From: Amaricoccus sp.
GTDB taxonomy: Bacteria > Pseudomonadota > Alphaproteobacteria > Rhodobacterales > Rhodobacteraceae
Length of the DNA: 64,000 nt
Direction: 5' to 3'
NCBI GenBank assembly: GCA_046348955.1
Contig: JAXMDG010000009.1
Location: 27,465-91,464, forward strand
In this document: positions 1 through 9,694 of the stretch, piece after piece
How the letters are laid out: every line of letters begins with the position of its first letter
Position numbering within the stretch: position 1 is the first letter of the stretch
Translations under genes and position numbers: made by a program
Notes under the pieces: generated by a model
The model's database searches: none
The model's input: the letters and a program-made list of their open reading frames with translations, nothing else
What the model was told of the DNA's origin: nothing

Positions 1-2
1 TC

Positions 3-119
3 CTGAACGGGGAGGGGATTGATATTGCGCGCCGGACCGTGGCGAAATACCGTGAAGGGATGGGTATTCTGTCCTCCGTCGAACGCAGGCGGCTGAAGGC
101 CAACCTGATCAGGGCCTGA
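3..119 (+). CDS. rpoN: 3' end of RNA polymerase sigma-54 factor (partial)
   Basis: Frame reads LNGEGIDIARRTVAKYREGMGILSSVERRR; contains the RpoN box ARRTVAKYRE; followed by hpf-ptsN. Confidence 0.93.
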   Translation: MNGEGIDIARRTVAKYREGMGILSSVERRRLKANLIRA

Positions 120-253
120 CGACGCGCGGCGCAACCGGAGCTTGCTGCGCCACGTTGACACCGAGGCCGGGACCCGTTCATAGGTCCGTGCGCGCGGGCC
201 GAGCGGTCCGGGAACCGTCGGGCGCAAGCGCGGCGATGCAGAAAGGGCAAGAC

Positions 254-832
254 ATGCGCATTCAGGTCAGCGGGAAACAGATCGACATCGGGGACGCTCT
301 GCGCCTGCATGTCGAGGACCGGCTGATGGAAACGGTCGGAAAGTTCTTTGACCGCCCGGTGGATGCGGTGGTGACCTTCTCAAAAGACCGCCACGAATTC
401 ATCTCTGACAGCTCGGTGCATCTGTCCACCGGCATGACGGTGCAGGCCAAGGCGCGCGCCGGCGAGGTCTATGCCTCGTTCGAGAGCGCGGTCGACCGGA
501 TGGAGAAGCAGCTGCGCCGCTACAAGCGCCGGCTGAAGGACCATCACCGCAATCGTGAGAACCCGATCGAGAGCATCGACGCACCCTCCTATATCCTGGC
601 CGGCGGCGAGCTCGACGAGGACTATACCGAGCCCGAGACGCTGCAGCCGGTGATCATCGCCGAGATGGAGACGCGCGTGCCGTCGCTGTCGGTCGGCGAG
701 GCGGTGATGCAGATGGAACTTGCCGGGGCCCATTTACTTGTCTTCAGGAATGACGCACACGGCGGCGTGAATGTGGTATATACGCGTGACGACGGCAACA
801 TCGGCTGGATCGACCCGCAGAATACCCAGTAG
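254..832 (+). CDS. hpf: Ribosome hibernation promoting factor (long HPF / sigma-54 modulation protein)
   Basis: MRIQVSGKQIDIGDAL...MEKQLRRYKRRLKDH; C-terminal LSVGEAVMQMEL...NVVYTRDDGNIGWIDP; lies between rpoN and ptsN. Confidence 0.93.
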   Translation: MRIQVSGKQIDIGDALRLHVEDRLMETVGKFFDRPVDAVVTFSKDRHEFISDSSVHLSTGMTVQAKARAGEVYASFESAVDRMEKQLRRYKRRLKDHHRNRENPIESIDAPSYILAGGELDEDYTEPETLQPVIIAEMETRVPSLSVGEAVMQMELAGAHLLVFRNDAHGGVNVVYTRDDGNIGWIDPQNTQ

Positions 833-861
833 CCCGCTTTGAACGTCAAGGGAGCCCGCGT

Positions 862-1326
862 ATGGAGCTTTCGCAGATCCTCGGCATCGATGCAGTGCGC
901 GCGCCAGTCAAGGCCACGAGCAAGAAGCGCCTGTTGCAGGACCTGGCCGACATGGCCGAGCAGGTCTATCGGCTGCCGTCGGACATCGTCTATCGGGGCT
1001 TGATGGACCGCGAGTCGCTGGGGCCGACCGGGGTCGGCCGCGGCGTGGCGATTCCGCATGCGCGCCTTCCGGGGGTGACCCGGGTGATCGGGCTGTTCGT
1101 CCGCCTGGACAAGCCGGTCGATTTCGAGTCGATCGACCGGCAGCCCGTCGATCTCGTCTTCGCCCTCTTCGCGCCGGAGGCGGCGGGGGCGGAGCATCTG
1201 AAGGCGCTGGCGCGGGTATCGCGCACCCTGCGCAGCGACGCGATCTGCGCCAAGCTGCGCTCGACCTTCGATCCCTCGGCGATCTACGCGATCCTGACCG
1301 ACGGAAAGGCCGAGCAGGCGGCCTGA
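862..1326 (+). CDS. ptsN: PTS IIA-like nitrogen regulatory protein
   Basis: RESLGPTGVGRGVAIPHAR phospho-His motif; HLKALARVSR; synteny. Confidence 0.95.
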   Translation: MELSQILGIDAVRAPVKATSKKRLLQDLADMAEQVYRLPSDIVYRGLMDRESLGPTGVGRGVAIPHARLPGVTRVIGLFVRLDKPVDFESIDRQPVDLVFALFAPEAAGAEHLKALARVSRTLRSDAICAKLRSTFDPSAIYAILTDGKAEQAA

Positions 1327-1357
1327 TCGCGCCCGCAACCGAAGCGCTGCCGCCGCC

Positions 1358-1389
1358 CCGGCTCGCGGCCCCTCGGGGCCGCAAGCCGG
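1358..1389. terminator. GC-rich hairpin downstream of ptsN
   Basis: CCGGCTCGCGGCCCC-TC-GGGGCCGCAAGCCGG, one mismatch; no U tract. Confidence 0.4.
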
Positions 1390-1520
1390 AGCGTTTGGCC
1401 AGGGTGTGGATCGGCATGGAATGTTGACCCCGTGAGGCCGGGGATCGGCGTCGAAAATTGACCCCCCTTCCTCCGTGAACGGCAGTGCCTGTCCGGTTTG
1501 TTCTGGACGGGTGGCGGGGG

Positions 1521-3023
1521 ATGAAGGGCGTGGACACGATCGCGCGGGTGCGCCGCGAGTTTTACGTGCGCGGGCGGTCGATCAAGGAGATCTGCCGGGA
1601 GCTCCACGTCTCGCGCAACACGGTGCGGAAGATCCTGAGGAGCGGCGAGACGGCGTTCGTCTACGAGCGGAGCGTGCAGCCGCAGCCGAAGATCGGGCCG
1701 TGGAAAGAGGAGCTCGACCGGCTGCTGTCGGTGAACGCGGGCCGCGCGAGCCGGGAGCGGCTGACGCTGATCCGGGTCTTCGAGGAGCTGCGCGGGTTCG
1801 GCTACGAGGGCGGCTACGACGCGGTGCGGCGCTACGCGGCCGGCTGGCAGCGGGAGCGGGCCGCGGCGACGGCGGCGGCGTTCGTGCCGCTGAGCTTCGC
1901 GCCGGGCGAGGCCTACCAGTTCGACTGGAGCCACGAGGTGGTGCTGATCGCCGGGGTCACGGTGACGGTGAAGGTGGCGCAGGTGCGGCTCTGCCACAGC
2001 CGGATGCCGTTCGTGCGGGCCTACCCGCGCGAGAGCCAGGAGATGGTGTTCGACGCGCACGACCGCGCCTTCGCCTTCTTCAAGGGCACCTGCACGCGCG
2101 GGATCTACGACAACATGAAGACGGCGGTCGACGCGATCCTCGTCGGCAAGGCGCGGGACTACAACCGGCGCTTCCAGCAGATGTGCGGGCACTACCTGGT
2201 CGAGCCGGTGGCGTGCACCCCGGCGTCGGGCTGGGAGAAGGGCCAGGTCGAGAACCAGGTCGGCACGGTGCGGCAGCGGTTCTTCTCGCCGCGGGTGCGG
2301 GTCCGGAGCTACGAGGAGTTGAACGCCTGGCTCCTGGACCGCTGCATCGCCTGGGCCAAGGCGCAGCCGCACCCGGAGGTGCGCGATCGGACGATCTGGG
2401 AGATGTTCGAGGCCGAGCGGCCGAGCCTGGTGCCGTACGCCGGACCGTTCGACGGCTTCCGCTCAACGCCAGTCTCGCCATCGAAGACCTGCCTCGTCCG
2501 CTTCGACAACAACAAATACTCGGTGATGGCGAGCGCGGTCGGCCGGCCGGTCGAGGTCCGCGCCTACGCCGATCGCATCGAGCTGCGGCAGGACGGCCGG
2601 ATCGTCGGGCAGCATCCCCGGGTCTTCGGCCGTGGCCAGACCGTCTACGACCCCTGGCACTATGTCCCCGTGCTGGCGCGCAAACCCGGCGCCCTGCGCA
2701 ACGGCGCCCCCTTCCAGGACTGGGTGCTGCCCGGCGCGCTCGAGCGGGTGCGCCGCAAGCTGAAGTCCGTACCCGACGGCGACCGGCAGATGGTCGAGGT
2801 GCTCGGCGCGGTGCTGACCGATGGCCTGCCAGCGGTGGAGGCGGCTTGCGCCGAGGCGCTGAAGGAAGGCGTCCACTCCGCCGACGTCATCCTCAACATC
2901 CTCTCCCGCCGCCGCGACCCCGGCCCACCGGCGACGATCATGACCCCCGAGGCGCTGCGGCTGCGGCACGAGCCCGCCGCCGACTGCGCCCGTTACGACA
3001 GCCTCAGGAGGGCGAGCGGATGA
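1521..3023 (+). CDS. istA: IS21 transposase IstA
   Basis: N-terminal HTH ([20 protein letters not shown]); [17 protein letters not shown] and [11 protein letters not shown] motifs. Confidence 0.95.
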   Translation: MKGVDTIARVRREFYVRGRSIKEICRELHVSRNTVRKILRSGETAFVYERSVQPQPKIGPWKEELDRLLSVNAGRASRERLTLIRVFEELRGFGYEGGYDAVRRYAAGWQRERAAATAAAFVPLSFAPGEAYQFDWSHEVVLIAGVTVTVKVAQVRLCHSRMPFVRAYPRESQEMVFDAHDRAFAFFKGTCTRGIYDNMKTAVDAILVGKARDYNRRFQQMCGHYLVEPVACTPASGWEKGQVENQVGTVRQRFFSPRVRVRSYEELNAWLLDRCIAWAKAQPHPEVRDRTIWEMFEAERPSLVPYAGPFDGFRSTPVSPSKTCLVRFDNNKYSVMASAVGRPVEVRAYADRIELRQDGRIVGQHPRVFGRGQTVYDPWHYVPVLARKPGALRNGAPFQDWVLPGALERVRRKLKSVPDGDRQMVEVLGAVLTDGLPAVEAACAEALKEGVHSADVILNILSRRRDPGPPATIMTPEALRLRHEPAADCARYDSLRRASG

Positions 3024-3751
3024 TGGAGCGCAGCGCGATCATGACGACGATGGGCGACCTGAAGCTCTTCGGCATGAGATCGGCCTACGACGAGATCGTC
3101 GCCTCGGCGGTGAAGCGGCAGCACGAGCCCCAGCGGGTGGTGAGCGACCTCCTGACCGCCGAGCTCTCCGAGAAGCAGGCCCGCTCGATCAAGTACCAGA
3201 TCGCCATCGCCCGGCTGCCGATGGCCAAGGAGATCGACGAGTTCGTCTTCGACGCCACGCCGATCAACGAGACCCTGGTCCGCGACCTCGCCGGCGGCGG
3301 CTTCCTGACGCAGCAGCGCAACCTCGTCCTGATCGGCGGCACCGGCACCGGCAAGACCCACATCGCCGTCGGCATCGCCCGCGCCTGCATCCGCGGCGGC
3401 GCCCGCGGCCGCTTCTTCAACGTCGTCGACCTCGTCAACAAGCTCGAGGCCGAGGCCCGCGCCGGCCGCCAGGGCCGCATCGCCGACCACCTCTGCCGCA
3501 TGGACCTGGTCGTGCTCGACGAGCTCGGCTACCTCCCCTTCGCCCAGGCCGGCGGCCAGCTGCTCTTCCACCTCGTCAGCCGGCTCTACGAGCAGACCTC
3601 GGTCGTCGTCACCACCAACCTCGCCTTCGGCGAATGGCCCGCCGTCTTCGGCGACCCCAAGATGACCACCGCTCTCCTCGACCGCCTCACCCACCACTGC
3701 GACATCGTCGAGACCGGCAACGAGAGCTGGCGCTTCAAGAACCGCGCCTGA
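3020..3751 (+). CDS. istB: IS21 helper ATPase IstB
   Basis: Walker [39 protein letters not shown]; ATGA overlap with istA. Confidence 0.95.
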   Translation: MMERSAIMTTMGDLKLFGMRSAYDEIVASAVKRQHEPQRVVSDLLTAELSEKQARSIKYQIAIARLPMAKEIDEFVFDATPINETLVRDLAGGGFLTQQRNLVLIGGTGTGKTHIAVGIARACIRGGARGRFFNVVDLVNKLEAEARAGRQGRIADHLCRMDLVVLDELGYLPFAQAGGQLLFHLVSRLYEQTSVVVTTNLAFGEWPAVFGDPKMTTALLDRLTHHCDIVETGNESWRFKNRA

Positions 3752-4136
3752 CCCAACCCTCAGCGCCGAACCGGAGCGGGACCCGGCCCGTCTCCGCCAC
3801 CCGCACCGCTCCGCCGGGCCGGGTCCCGCTCCTCGCCCGACGGGGGGTCAAACTTCGACGCCGACGGGGGGGTAGGATTCCGTGCCGATTGACAGGCCAG
3901 GGCGCCGCGTTGGCGCCGCGCTTGCGGTGGCCTCCCGCCCGCGGCGCGCTTCGGCGTCGCGGCGGCGTCACCCGGGGGCAAGATGGCGGGCGCTGCGCCA
4001 TTGCGGTCGATGCTGGGGGCCGGCGCGCACGGGGCGCCGAAGCACGGCTCGCCCCGGCAGCGGTCGGGACGAACGGCCGTCTTGGCGCTCGGGCGGGGAT
4101 CCGCTGGCCGGCTCTCCGGCGTGCGGAGGCGCATGC

Positions 4137-4167
4137 CCCGCCCCCGCCCGATCGGCGCGGGGGCGGG
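4137..4167. terminator. Hairpin downstream of leuC
   Basis: Perfect 11-bp stem CCCGCCCCCGC / GCGGGGGCGGG, 9 bp after the leuC stop. Confidence 0.5.
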
Positions 4168-4176
4168 CGCGTCAGA

Positions 4177-5583
4177 TCACATCAGCTCGCGCACGTCGGT
4201 CAGCCGGCCGGTGATGGCGGCGGCGGCGGCCATGGCGGGGCTGACGAGATGCGTGCGGCCGCCGCGGCCCTGGCGACCCTCGAAATTGCGGTTCGAGGTC
4301 GAGGCGCAGCGCTCGCCGGGGCTGAGCTGGTCGGGATTCATCCCCAGGCACATCGAGCAGCCGGCCATCCGCCAGTCGAACCCGGCCTCGATCAGCTTCG
4401 CCGCGATCCCCTCCTCCTCGGCCTGGGCCCGGACGAGGCCAGAGCCGGGGACGATCATCGCCCGGATGCCGTCCCTGACCCGACGGCCCTCCATCACCTT
4501 CGCGACCTCGCGCAGATCCTCGATCCGCCCGTTGGTGCAGGAGCCGATGAAGACGGTATCGATCTCGATATCCTGCAGCCGCTGGCCGGGGGTGAGACCC
4601 ATATAGGCGAGGCTGCGCCGCGCGGCCTCCACCTTGCCGCCGGCGAAGTCCGCGGGATCGGGCACCAGGCCGGTGATCGGCAGCACGTCCTCGGGGCTGG
4701 TGCCCCAGGTCACGACCGGCGCGATGTCGGCGGCATCGAGGATCACCACCTTGTCGAAATGCGCGCCTTCGTCGGTGAAGAGCGTGCGCCAATAGGCCTC
4801 GGCCAGCTCCCAGGCGCCGGCCTTGGGGGCATGCGGGCGGCCCTTGACATAGGCGAAGGTCTTGTCGTCGGGCGCGATCAGGCCGGCGCGGGCACCGCCC
4901 TCGATCGCCATGTTGCAGACCGTCATCCGGCCTTCCATCGACAGGCCGCGGATCGCCTCGCCGGCATATTCGATCACATGGCCGTTGCCGCCCGCCGTCC
5001 CGGTCTCGCCGATGATGGTGAGCGTGATGTCCTTCGCGGTCACGCCGAAGGGCAGGCTGCCCTTGACCTCGACCTTCATGTTCTTCGACTTCTTCTGGAT
5101 CAGCGTCTGGGTGGCGAGCACATGCTCGACCTCGGACGTGCCGATGCCGTGCGCCAGCGCCCCGAAGGCGCCATGCGTCGCGGTATGGCTGTCGCCGCAG
5201 ACGATGGTCATGCCGGGCTGGGTCAGACCCTGCTCGGGGCCGATGATATGCACGATCCCCTGGCGGATATCGGCGACGTCATAGATCTCGATGCCGAAAT
5301 CGGCGGCGTTCCTGCGCAGGGTCTCGACCTGGATCCGGCTCTCCTCGTTGGCGATGCCCTTGGCACGGTCGAGATCGGTCGGCACGTTGTGGTCGGGCAC
5401 CGCGGTGGTCTTCTGCGGCGCGCGCACCTTGCGGCCGGCCATGCGCAGGCCCTCGAAGGCCTGGGGGCTCGTCACCTCATGAACCAGATGGCGGTCGATA
5501 TAGAGCAGGCTGGTTCCATCGGGCGCCTCATGCACCAGATGGGCATCCCAGATCTTGTCATAGAGGGTCTTGGCTTCGGACAT
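4177..5583 (-). CDS. leuC: 3-isopropylmalate dehydratase large subunit
   Basis: [54 protein letters not shown]. Confidence 0.97.
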   Translation of the reverse strand: MSEAKTLYDKIWDAHLVHEAPDGTSLLYIDRHLVHEVTSPQAFEGLRMAGRKVRAPQKTTAVPDHNVPTDLDRAKGIANEESRIQVETLRRNAADFGIEIYDVADIRQGIVHIIGPEQGLTQPGMTIVCGDSHTATHGAFGALAHGIGTSEVEHVLATQTLIQKKSKNMKVEVKGSLPFGVTAKDITLTIIGETGTAGGNGHVIEYAGEAIRGLSMEGRMTVCNMAIEGGARAGLIAPDDKTFAYVKGRPHAPKAGAWELAEAYWRTLFTDEGAHFDKVVILDAADIAPVVTWGTSPEDVLPITGLVPDPADFAGGKVEAARRSLAYMGLTPGQRLQDIEIDTVFIGSCTNGRIEDLREVAKVMEGRRVRDGIRAMIVPGSGLVRAQAEEEGIAAKLIEAGFDWRMAGCSMCLGMNPDQLSPGERCASTSNRNFEGRQGRGGRTHLVSPAMAAAAAITGRLTDVRELM

Positions 5584-5631
5584 GGCTTCCTCCCGTGGGG
5601 CGATGGGCTGACAGGACGGCGATATCCGCGA

Positions 5632-5712
5632 TCAGGCGCCGCGCCGCAGCCCGTGGCTGAAGAAGCGCCAGGGCAGGCGGGCATGGTCGTCCATGTCGAA
5701 AAGCCGGATCAT
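5632..5712 (-). CDS. 26-aa small ORF MIRLFDMDDHARLPWRFFSHGLRRGA upstream of leuC
   Basis: ATG overlaps the radical SAM stop (ATGA); G/C-ending codons like host genes; below the ORF-track length cutoff. Confidence 0.55.
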   Translation of the reverse strand: MIRLFDMDDHARLPWRFFSHGLRRGA

Positions 5713-7322
5713 CGCGCCGAGATACGCTCGAATCGTGCGGCGGGCAAGGGAGGGCGCGCCGCGTCCAGCGCCTCGCGCATGCCCCAGAATTCGAGCCCGT
5801 CGGCCTGGAGCGCCGGGTCGCGCAGGACGGCGAGGAAGGCCGCGTGCTCGGGATGGCCGGGCGCGCCGATATCCTGGGCGGCGAAATCGCTCCAGGTGTT
5901 CCAGTTGCGGATCATCTGGAACTTGACGCCGTCGAAGCCGTAGCGCCGGGCGATGTCGGGCATCGCCGGCATCTCGCGGAAATTGGCGGCCTGGACCACG
6001 AAATCGAGGCGCATCCGCGCGATCTCGCCCGCCTGCCGGCGTCGGCCGAGGAAATCGAGATTGGCGTGCAGGCGGTCGAAATCGCCGCCGCGCCGGACGA
6101 TCGCGTAGGTCTCCGGGGTCGCGGCGTCGAGCGAGATCGCGGCCATTGCGACGCGGCCGGCGAGGTCGAGCTCCTCCCAGGCCTCGGCGTCGAACAGCAC
6201 GCCGTTGGTCTGGATATCGAGCCGCAGGCCGGGAAAGCCGTCGCGGGTCAGGCGCTTGATCAGGCGGCGGAAATGCCGGCTGCCGAACGGGTCGCCGCTC
6301 GAGGTGACGCGGACCTGCGCGGCGTCGCGGGCGAGCGGCAGCAGCACGGTCTCGGTCAGCCGGTCGAGCGCGGCGAGTTCGGCTCCGCGCGCCACGATCA
6401 CGCCTGTCCGGCAGGAGGGGCAGGACAGGGTGCAGCTCCGGTCGTGCGCGAGCACGAGCTTGCGCGGGCGCTCGGTCAGCCTCGTGCTGTGCTCAAGGGC
6501 GGCCCGGCGCAGGTTCGGCGTCGGCAGCGCTTCGGCGCGCGGCAGGGAGTCCGAGGACAGGTGCGCGCAATGGACCCGGCTGCAATAGCGGTAGGAGCCG
6601 TCATGGATCGAGGCGCGGATCGCCTGGGCGGCGGGAGAGTTCCAGATCGCATCGGGGCTGGCATCGCCGAGATTGCCGATCGGCACCGGCAGCCAGGCGG
6701 GGCAGCAGAAATGCACGTCGCCGCCGGGGGCGGTCTCTATCGATTCGAACGGCGCGCGGCAGAAGCGCCCGCGCAGGTCGGGCTCGGCCGCGCCGGTGGC
6801 CCGGCGCAGCAGGCGCTGGATATGCAGGTCGTTGGGCAGCAGCGCGGCCGCCCGGCGCGCGCGGCGCGCCGCCGCCGCGCGGTCGCCGCGGCGCAGCGCC
6901 TCGGTGGCGGCGAGCACCAGGGCGAAGTCGCAGGGCGCGGGCCGGTCGGCCGCCCAGGCCAGGAAGGCAGCGGCCGTCGATGGCGGCGGAAGGCCCGGAT
7001 CGGCCAGCAGCGCGTCGAGGAACGAGTCGGCGAAGGCCTCGGCCAGAGACCGGGATGGGGCCGATGCGGCCGGGTCCAAGGCGGATGGCTCGGCGTGTGA
7101 CGCGCCCGATATGGGCGCCCCGCTTGGCGTTGGGGGCGATGACGTGCCCGACGCGGGTGCGCCGGGGGCCGGGCTCGGGTCCGGGCCGCGGTCGGGCTCC
7201 GGCGCGATCGCGCGGTTCAGCGCGACATAGCGTCGGCGTGCCGCGACGATCCGCGCCAGCGCGTCGTGGAACGGCTCGGGCGCGATGCCTGCCGTGACGT
7301 CCGGCGGGGCGGCGCCCGCCAT
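5709..7322 (-). CDS. Radical SAM protein with an N-terminal SPASM/twitch-like Cys domain
   Basis: CTLSCPSC (CX3CX2C), SGDPF, QTNG, ISLDA; upstream FCRAPF...VHFCC...IGNL...IWNS...YRYCSRVHC; start placed at the ATGA overlap with the asparaginase stop. Confidence 0.8.
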   Translation of the reverse strand: MAGAAPPDVTAGIAPEPFHDALARIVAARRRYVALNRAIAPEPDRGPDPSPAPGAPASGTSSPPTPSGAPISGASHAEPSALDPAASAPSRSLAEAFADSFLDALLADPGLPPPSTAAAFLAWAADRPAPCDFALVLAATEALRRGDRAAAARRARRAAALLPNDLHIQRLLRRATGAAEPDLRGRFCRAPFESIETAPGGDVHFCCPAWLPVPIGNLGDASPDAIWNSPAAQAIRASIHDGSYRYCSRVHCAHLSSDSLPRAEALPTPNLRRAALEHSTRLTERPRKLVLAHDRSCTLSCPSCRTGVIVARGAELAALDRLTETVLLPLARDAAQVRVTSSGDPFGSRHFRRLIKRLTRDGFPGLRLDIQTNGVLFDAEAWEELDLAGRVAMAAISLDAATPETYAIVRRGGDFDRLHANLDFLGRRRQAGEIARMRLDFVVQAANFREMPAMPDIARRYGFDGVKFQMIRNWNTWSDFAAQDIGAPGHPEHAAFLAVLRDPALQADGLEFWGMREALDAARPPLPAARFERISAR

Positions 7323-8329
7323 CAGATCGGCGCGCCGTTGCCCCAGAAGTCTGGGGCGGGGCGGATGCCGCCGACCGCGATGCCGCGGCGGTTGAGGAGC
7401 GCGGGCGACAGGCGCCGGACCGTGGCGGGATCGCCGGCCTCGACCGCGCCCATCCGCGCGAGGAGCGCGGCCACGGCGCATTCGCTCGCCCGGGTCGTCC
7501 CGTCCTCGATCTTGAGCGCGAGCCCGAGGCCGCGCGCCGGCCAGATCGCTACGAAGACGCCCTCGGCCCCGGTCTTCACGGCGACGGCGCCGCCCGCGGC
7601 CTGCATCAGCTCGGAACAGGCCCGGCCCTCGCCGGCGACGAGCAGCGGATGCGCGACCATGGCGGCGACCAGCCGCTCGGCGGCGTCGGCGCGGCTGGCG
7701 CCGAGCCCCTTGGGATCGGCCATCCGCGCCATGGCCCAGGCGAGCCCGTGCAACGTGGTGGCGAAATTCGGCGCCGAGCAGCCGTCGATGCCATAGCCGG
7801 GGCTCGGCGCGCCGGTCATCTCCTCGAAGGCCTGGCGCACCGCCCGCTGCACCGGATGGTCGGGCTCGACATAGTCGGGTCCGCCGCCGAGCCGCCGGTT
7901 CAGCGTCAGGAAGCCGGCATGCTTGCCCGAGCAATTGTTGTGCAGCTGGCAGGGGCTCTCGGGCGCCTCGCGCAGGCGGGCGCGCTCGGTGCGGTCGTCG
8001 GGCACCTGCGGGCCGCAGCGCAGGTCGGGCTCGCCGAAGCCCATCGTCTCGAGCCAGGCCGCGACGCGATGGACATGCATCGCCGCCCCCTCGTGCGAGG
8101 CGCAGGCGAGCGCCAGTTGCTCGGTGGTGAGGTCGCGGGCGGCGCCGCTCTCGACCAGGGGCAGCGCCTGCAGCATCTTGCAGGACGAGCGCGGATACAT
8201 GACGAGATCGGGATCGCCCCAGGCGGCGCGGATCGTCCCCGCGGCATCGCACACCACGGCATGACCGCGATGGCGCGATTCCGTCATGTCGCCGCGCCAG
8301 ACCTCCACCATCGGCACCGCGTCCGTCAT
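7322..8329 (-). CDS. L-asparaginase II (Rhizobium-type, class 3)
   Basis: RSSCKMLQA, CASH, HNNCSGKH, DGCSAP, KTGAEG motifs. Confidence 0.9.
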   Translation of the reverse strand: MTDAVPMVEVWRGDMTESRHRGHAVVCDAAGTIRAAWGDPDLVMYPRSSCKMLQALPLVESGAARDLTTEQLALACASHEGAAMHVHRVAAWLETMGFGEPDLRCGPQVPDDRTERARLREAPESPCQLHNNCSGKHAGFLTLNRRLGGGPDYVEPDHPVQRAVRQAFEEMTGAPSPGYGIDGCSAPNFATTLHGLAWAMARMADPKGLGASRADAAERLVAAMVAHPLLVAGEGRACSELMQAAGGAVAVKTGAEGVFVAIWPARGLGLALKIEDGTTRASECAVAALLARMGAVEAGDPATVRRLSPALLNRRGIAVGGIRPAPDFWGNGAPI

Positions 8330-8913
8330 TCCCCCAACTCCTCCGCCAGCCTGTCCCCCAATACGCCGCGCAGATGCCGGAAGGCCAGCCGGATCCGCGA
8401 TTTGACCGTGCCGAGCGGCAGACCCAGCGCCTCGGCGATCTCGCCATGGCTGAGCCCGTCATAGAAGGCGGCCATCAGCACCTCGCGCTGCTCGGGCGAC
8501 AGGCTCGCGATGCCGTCGCGCACCTCGCTCTCGCGCTCGGCGGCGGTGATCTGCTCCAGCCCGTCGCGCTCCGGCTCGGGCTGGAACAACGGATCGGCCG
8601 GGTCGAAGGTCGGGCGCAGCGTGCGCCGCTGCCGGTCGATTCGCCGGTTGCGGGCGATCGTGTAAATCCAGGTCGCCGGCGCGGCCCGGCCCGAATCGTA
8701 GCTCGCCGCATGGCGCCAGATCAGCACCATCACGTCCTGCGCGATCTCGTCGGCATCCTGCGGCCCGACGCCCGCGCGCAGCACGAAGGCCTTGACCCGC
8801 CCCGCATAGCGCCCGAACAGCTCGACGAAGGCCGCGCGGTCGCGCTCCGCCACCCGGGCGAGAAGCTCGACATCGGTGGCCGTGGACAGGCCGAAAGGCG
8901 GCGCGGCGGACAT
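8326..8913 (-). CDS. ECF sigma-70 factor resembling Rhodobacter RpoE
   Basis: DEIAQDVMVLIW...ATWIYTIARNRRID region 2; SHGEIAEALGLPLGTVKSRIRLA region 4. Confidence 0.9.
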   Translation of the reverse strand: MSAAPPFGLSTATDVELLARVAERDRAAFVELFGRYAGRVKAFVLRAGVGPQDADEIAQDVMVLIWRHAASYDSGRAAPATWIYTIARNRRIDRQRRTLRPTFDPADPLFQPEPERDGLEQITAAERESEVRDGIASLSPEQREVLMAAFYDGLSHGEIAEALGLPLGTVKSRIRLAFRHLRGVLGDRLAEELGE

Positions 8914-9130
8914 AACCTTGAGCCTTGGATAGGTTCGAGTTCCGGAGGGCGGAGGCCCCGTTTCACCGCTTGCCGAGAAGCGCGCAAAGGGGTGGATAAG
9001 TTCCTGTCAGTCGAGCTAAACTAGGGCGAGGACGACCAGAAAAACAAGCCGGACCTTTTGGGGCGCGATGTCGCGCGGCGCACGCCCCGCAGGCCACGGC
9101 ACCGACGAGCGAGCAGGAGATAGTTCCACG

Positions 9131-9679
9131 ATGATGCCGAAGCCTTCCCGCCTTCTTGCCTTCGGTCTGGGGCTCATGGCGGCGCTGCCCTGCGCCGCAC
9201 CCGCGGCCCGCGCCCAGGCGGCCGACCGCGTCGCCACCCACGGCGACTGGAGCGTGTTCGTCGCGACCAGCCCCACCAAGGAATGCTATGTCGTCTCGCC
9301 GCCCAAATCCTCCAAGGCGACCCGCGACGGCAAGCCCACCACCGTCGATCGCGGCGATATCCGCCTCTTCGTCACCTATCGCCCGGCCGAGAAGGTCCGG
9401 GGCGAGGTGAGCTTCTCGGCCGGCTATCCGATCAAGGCGGGCAGCCCGGTCAAGCTCGCGATCGGCAGCGACAGCTTCAGCCTGACCCCGGGCGAGAGCG
9501 GCAATGCCGATTGGGCCTGGCCGACGCCGGACGCCGATTCCAAGATCGGCGCCGCCCTGCGCAAGGGCTCGACGGCGACGGTCGCCGGCCAGTCGGCGCG
9601 CGGCACCAACACGGTCGACACCTTCTCGCTCTCGGGCTTCAGCGCCGCGATCAAGGAGGCCGAGGACCGCTGCAGCTGA
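9131..9679 (+). CDS. Invasion-associated locus B (IalB)-family secreted protein
   Basis: Signal peptide; HGDWSVF...KECY...DTFSLSGFSAA...C pattern; RBS AGGAGA. Confidence 0.75.
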   Translation: MMPKPSRLLAFGLGLMAALPCAAPAARAQAADRVATHGDWSVFVATSPTKECYVVSPPKSSKATRDGKPTTVDRGDIRLFVTYRPAEKVRGEVSFSAGYPIKAGSPVKLAIGSDSFSLTPGESGNADWAWPTPDADSKIGAALRKGSTATVAGQSARGTNTVDTFSLSGFSAAIKEAEDRCS

Positions 9680-9694
9680 GCCGCCCTCGCGCCC

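Larger units (their letters stand above)
1405..3894 (+). mobile_element. IS21-family insertion sequence, intact, 8-bp target site duplication
   Basis: Starts TGTGGATCGGCATGGAAT and ends ATTCCGTGCCGATTGACA (imperfect IR, TG...CA); internal sub-terminal repeats; GGCCAGGG at 1397-1404 and 3895-3902; encodes istA and istB. Confidence 0.95.

Noticed and set aside
1475-3019. 758-aa ORF extending the istB frame across istA
   Set aside because: The upstream part is Arg/Gly/Ala-rich shadow translation typical of high-GC DNA; istB has its own ATGA-coupled start and I saw no slippery site
3903-4136. GC-rich intergenic stretch to the right of the IS
   Set aside because: No second copy in the window, no credible ORF, and only chance-level short stems
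7323-8462. N-terminal ~380 aa of the 917-aa ORF
   Set aside because: Overlaps the asparaginase and sigma genes in another frame; the radical SAM start fits the ATGA at 7322
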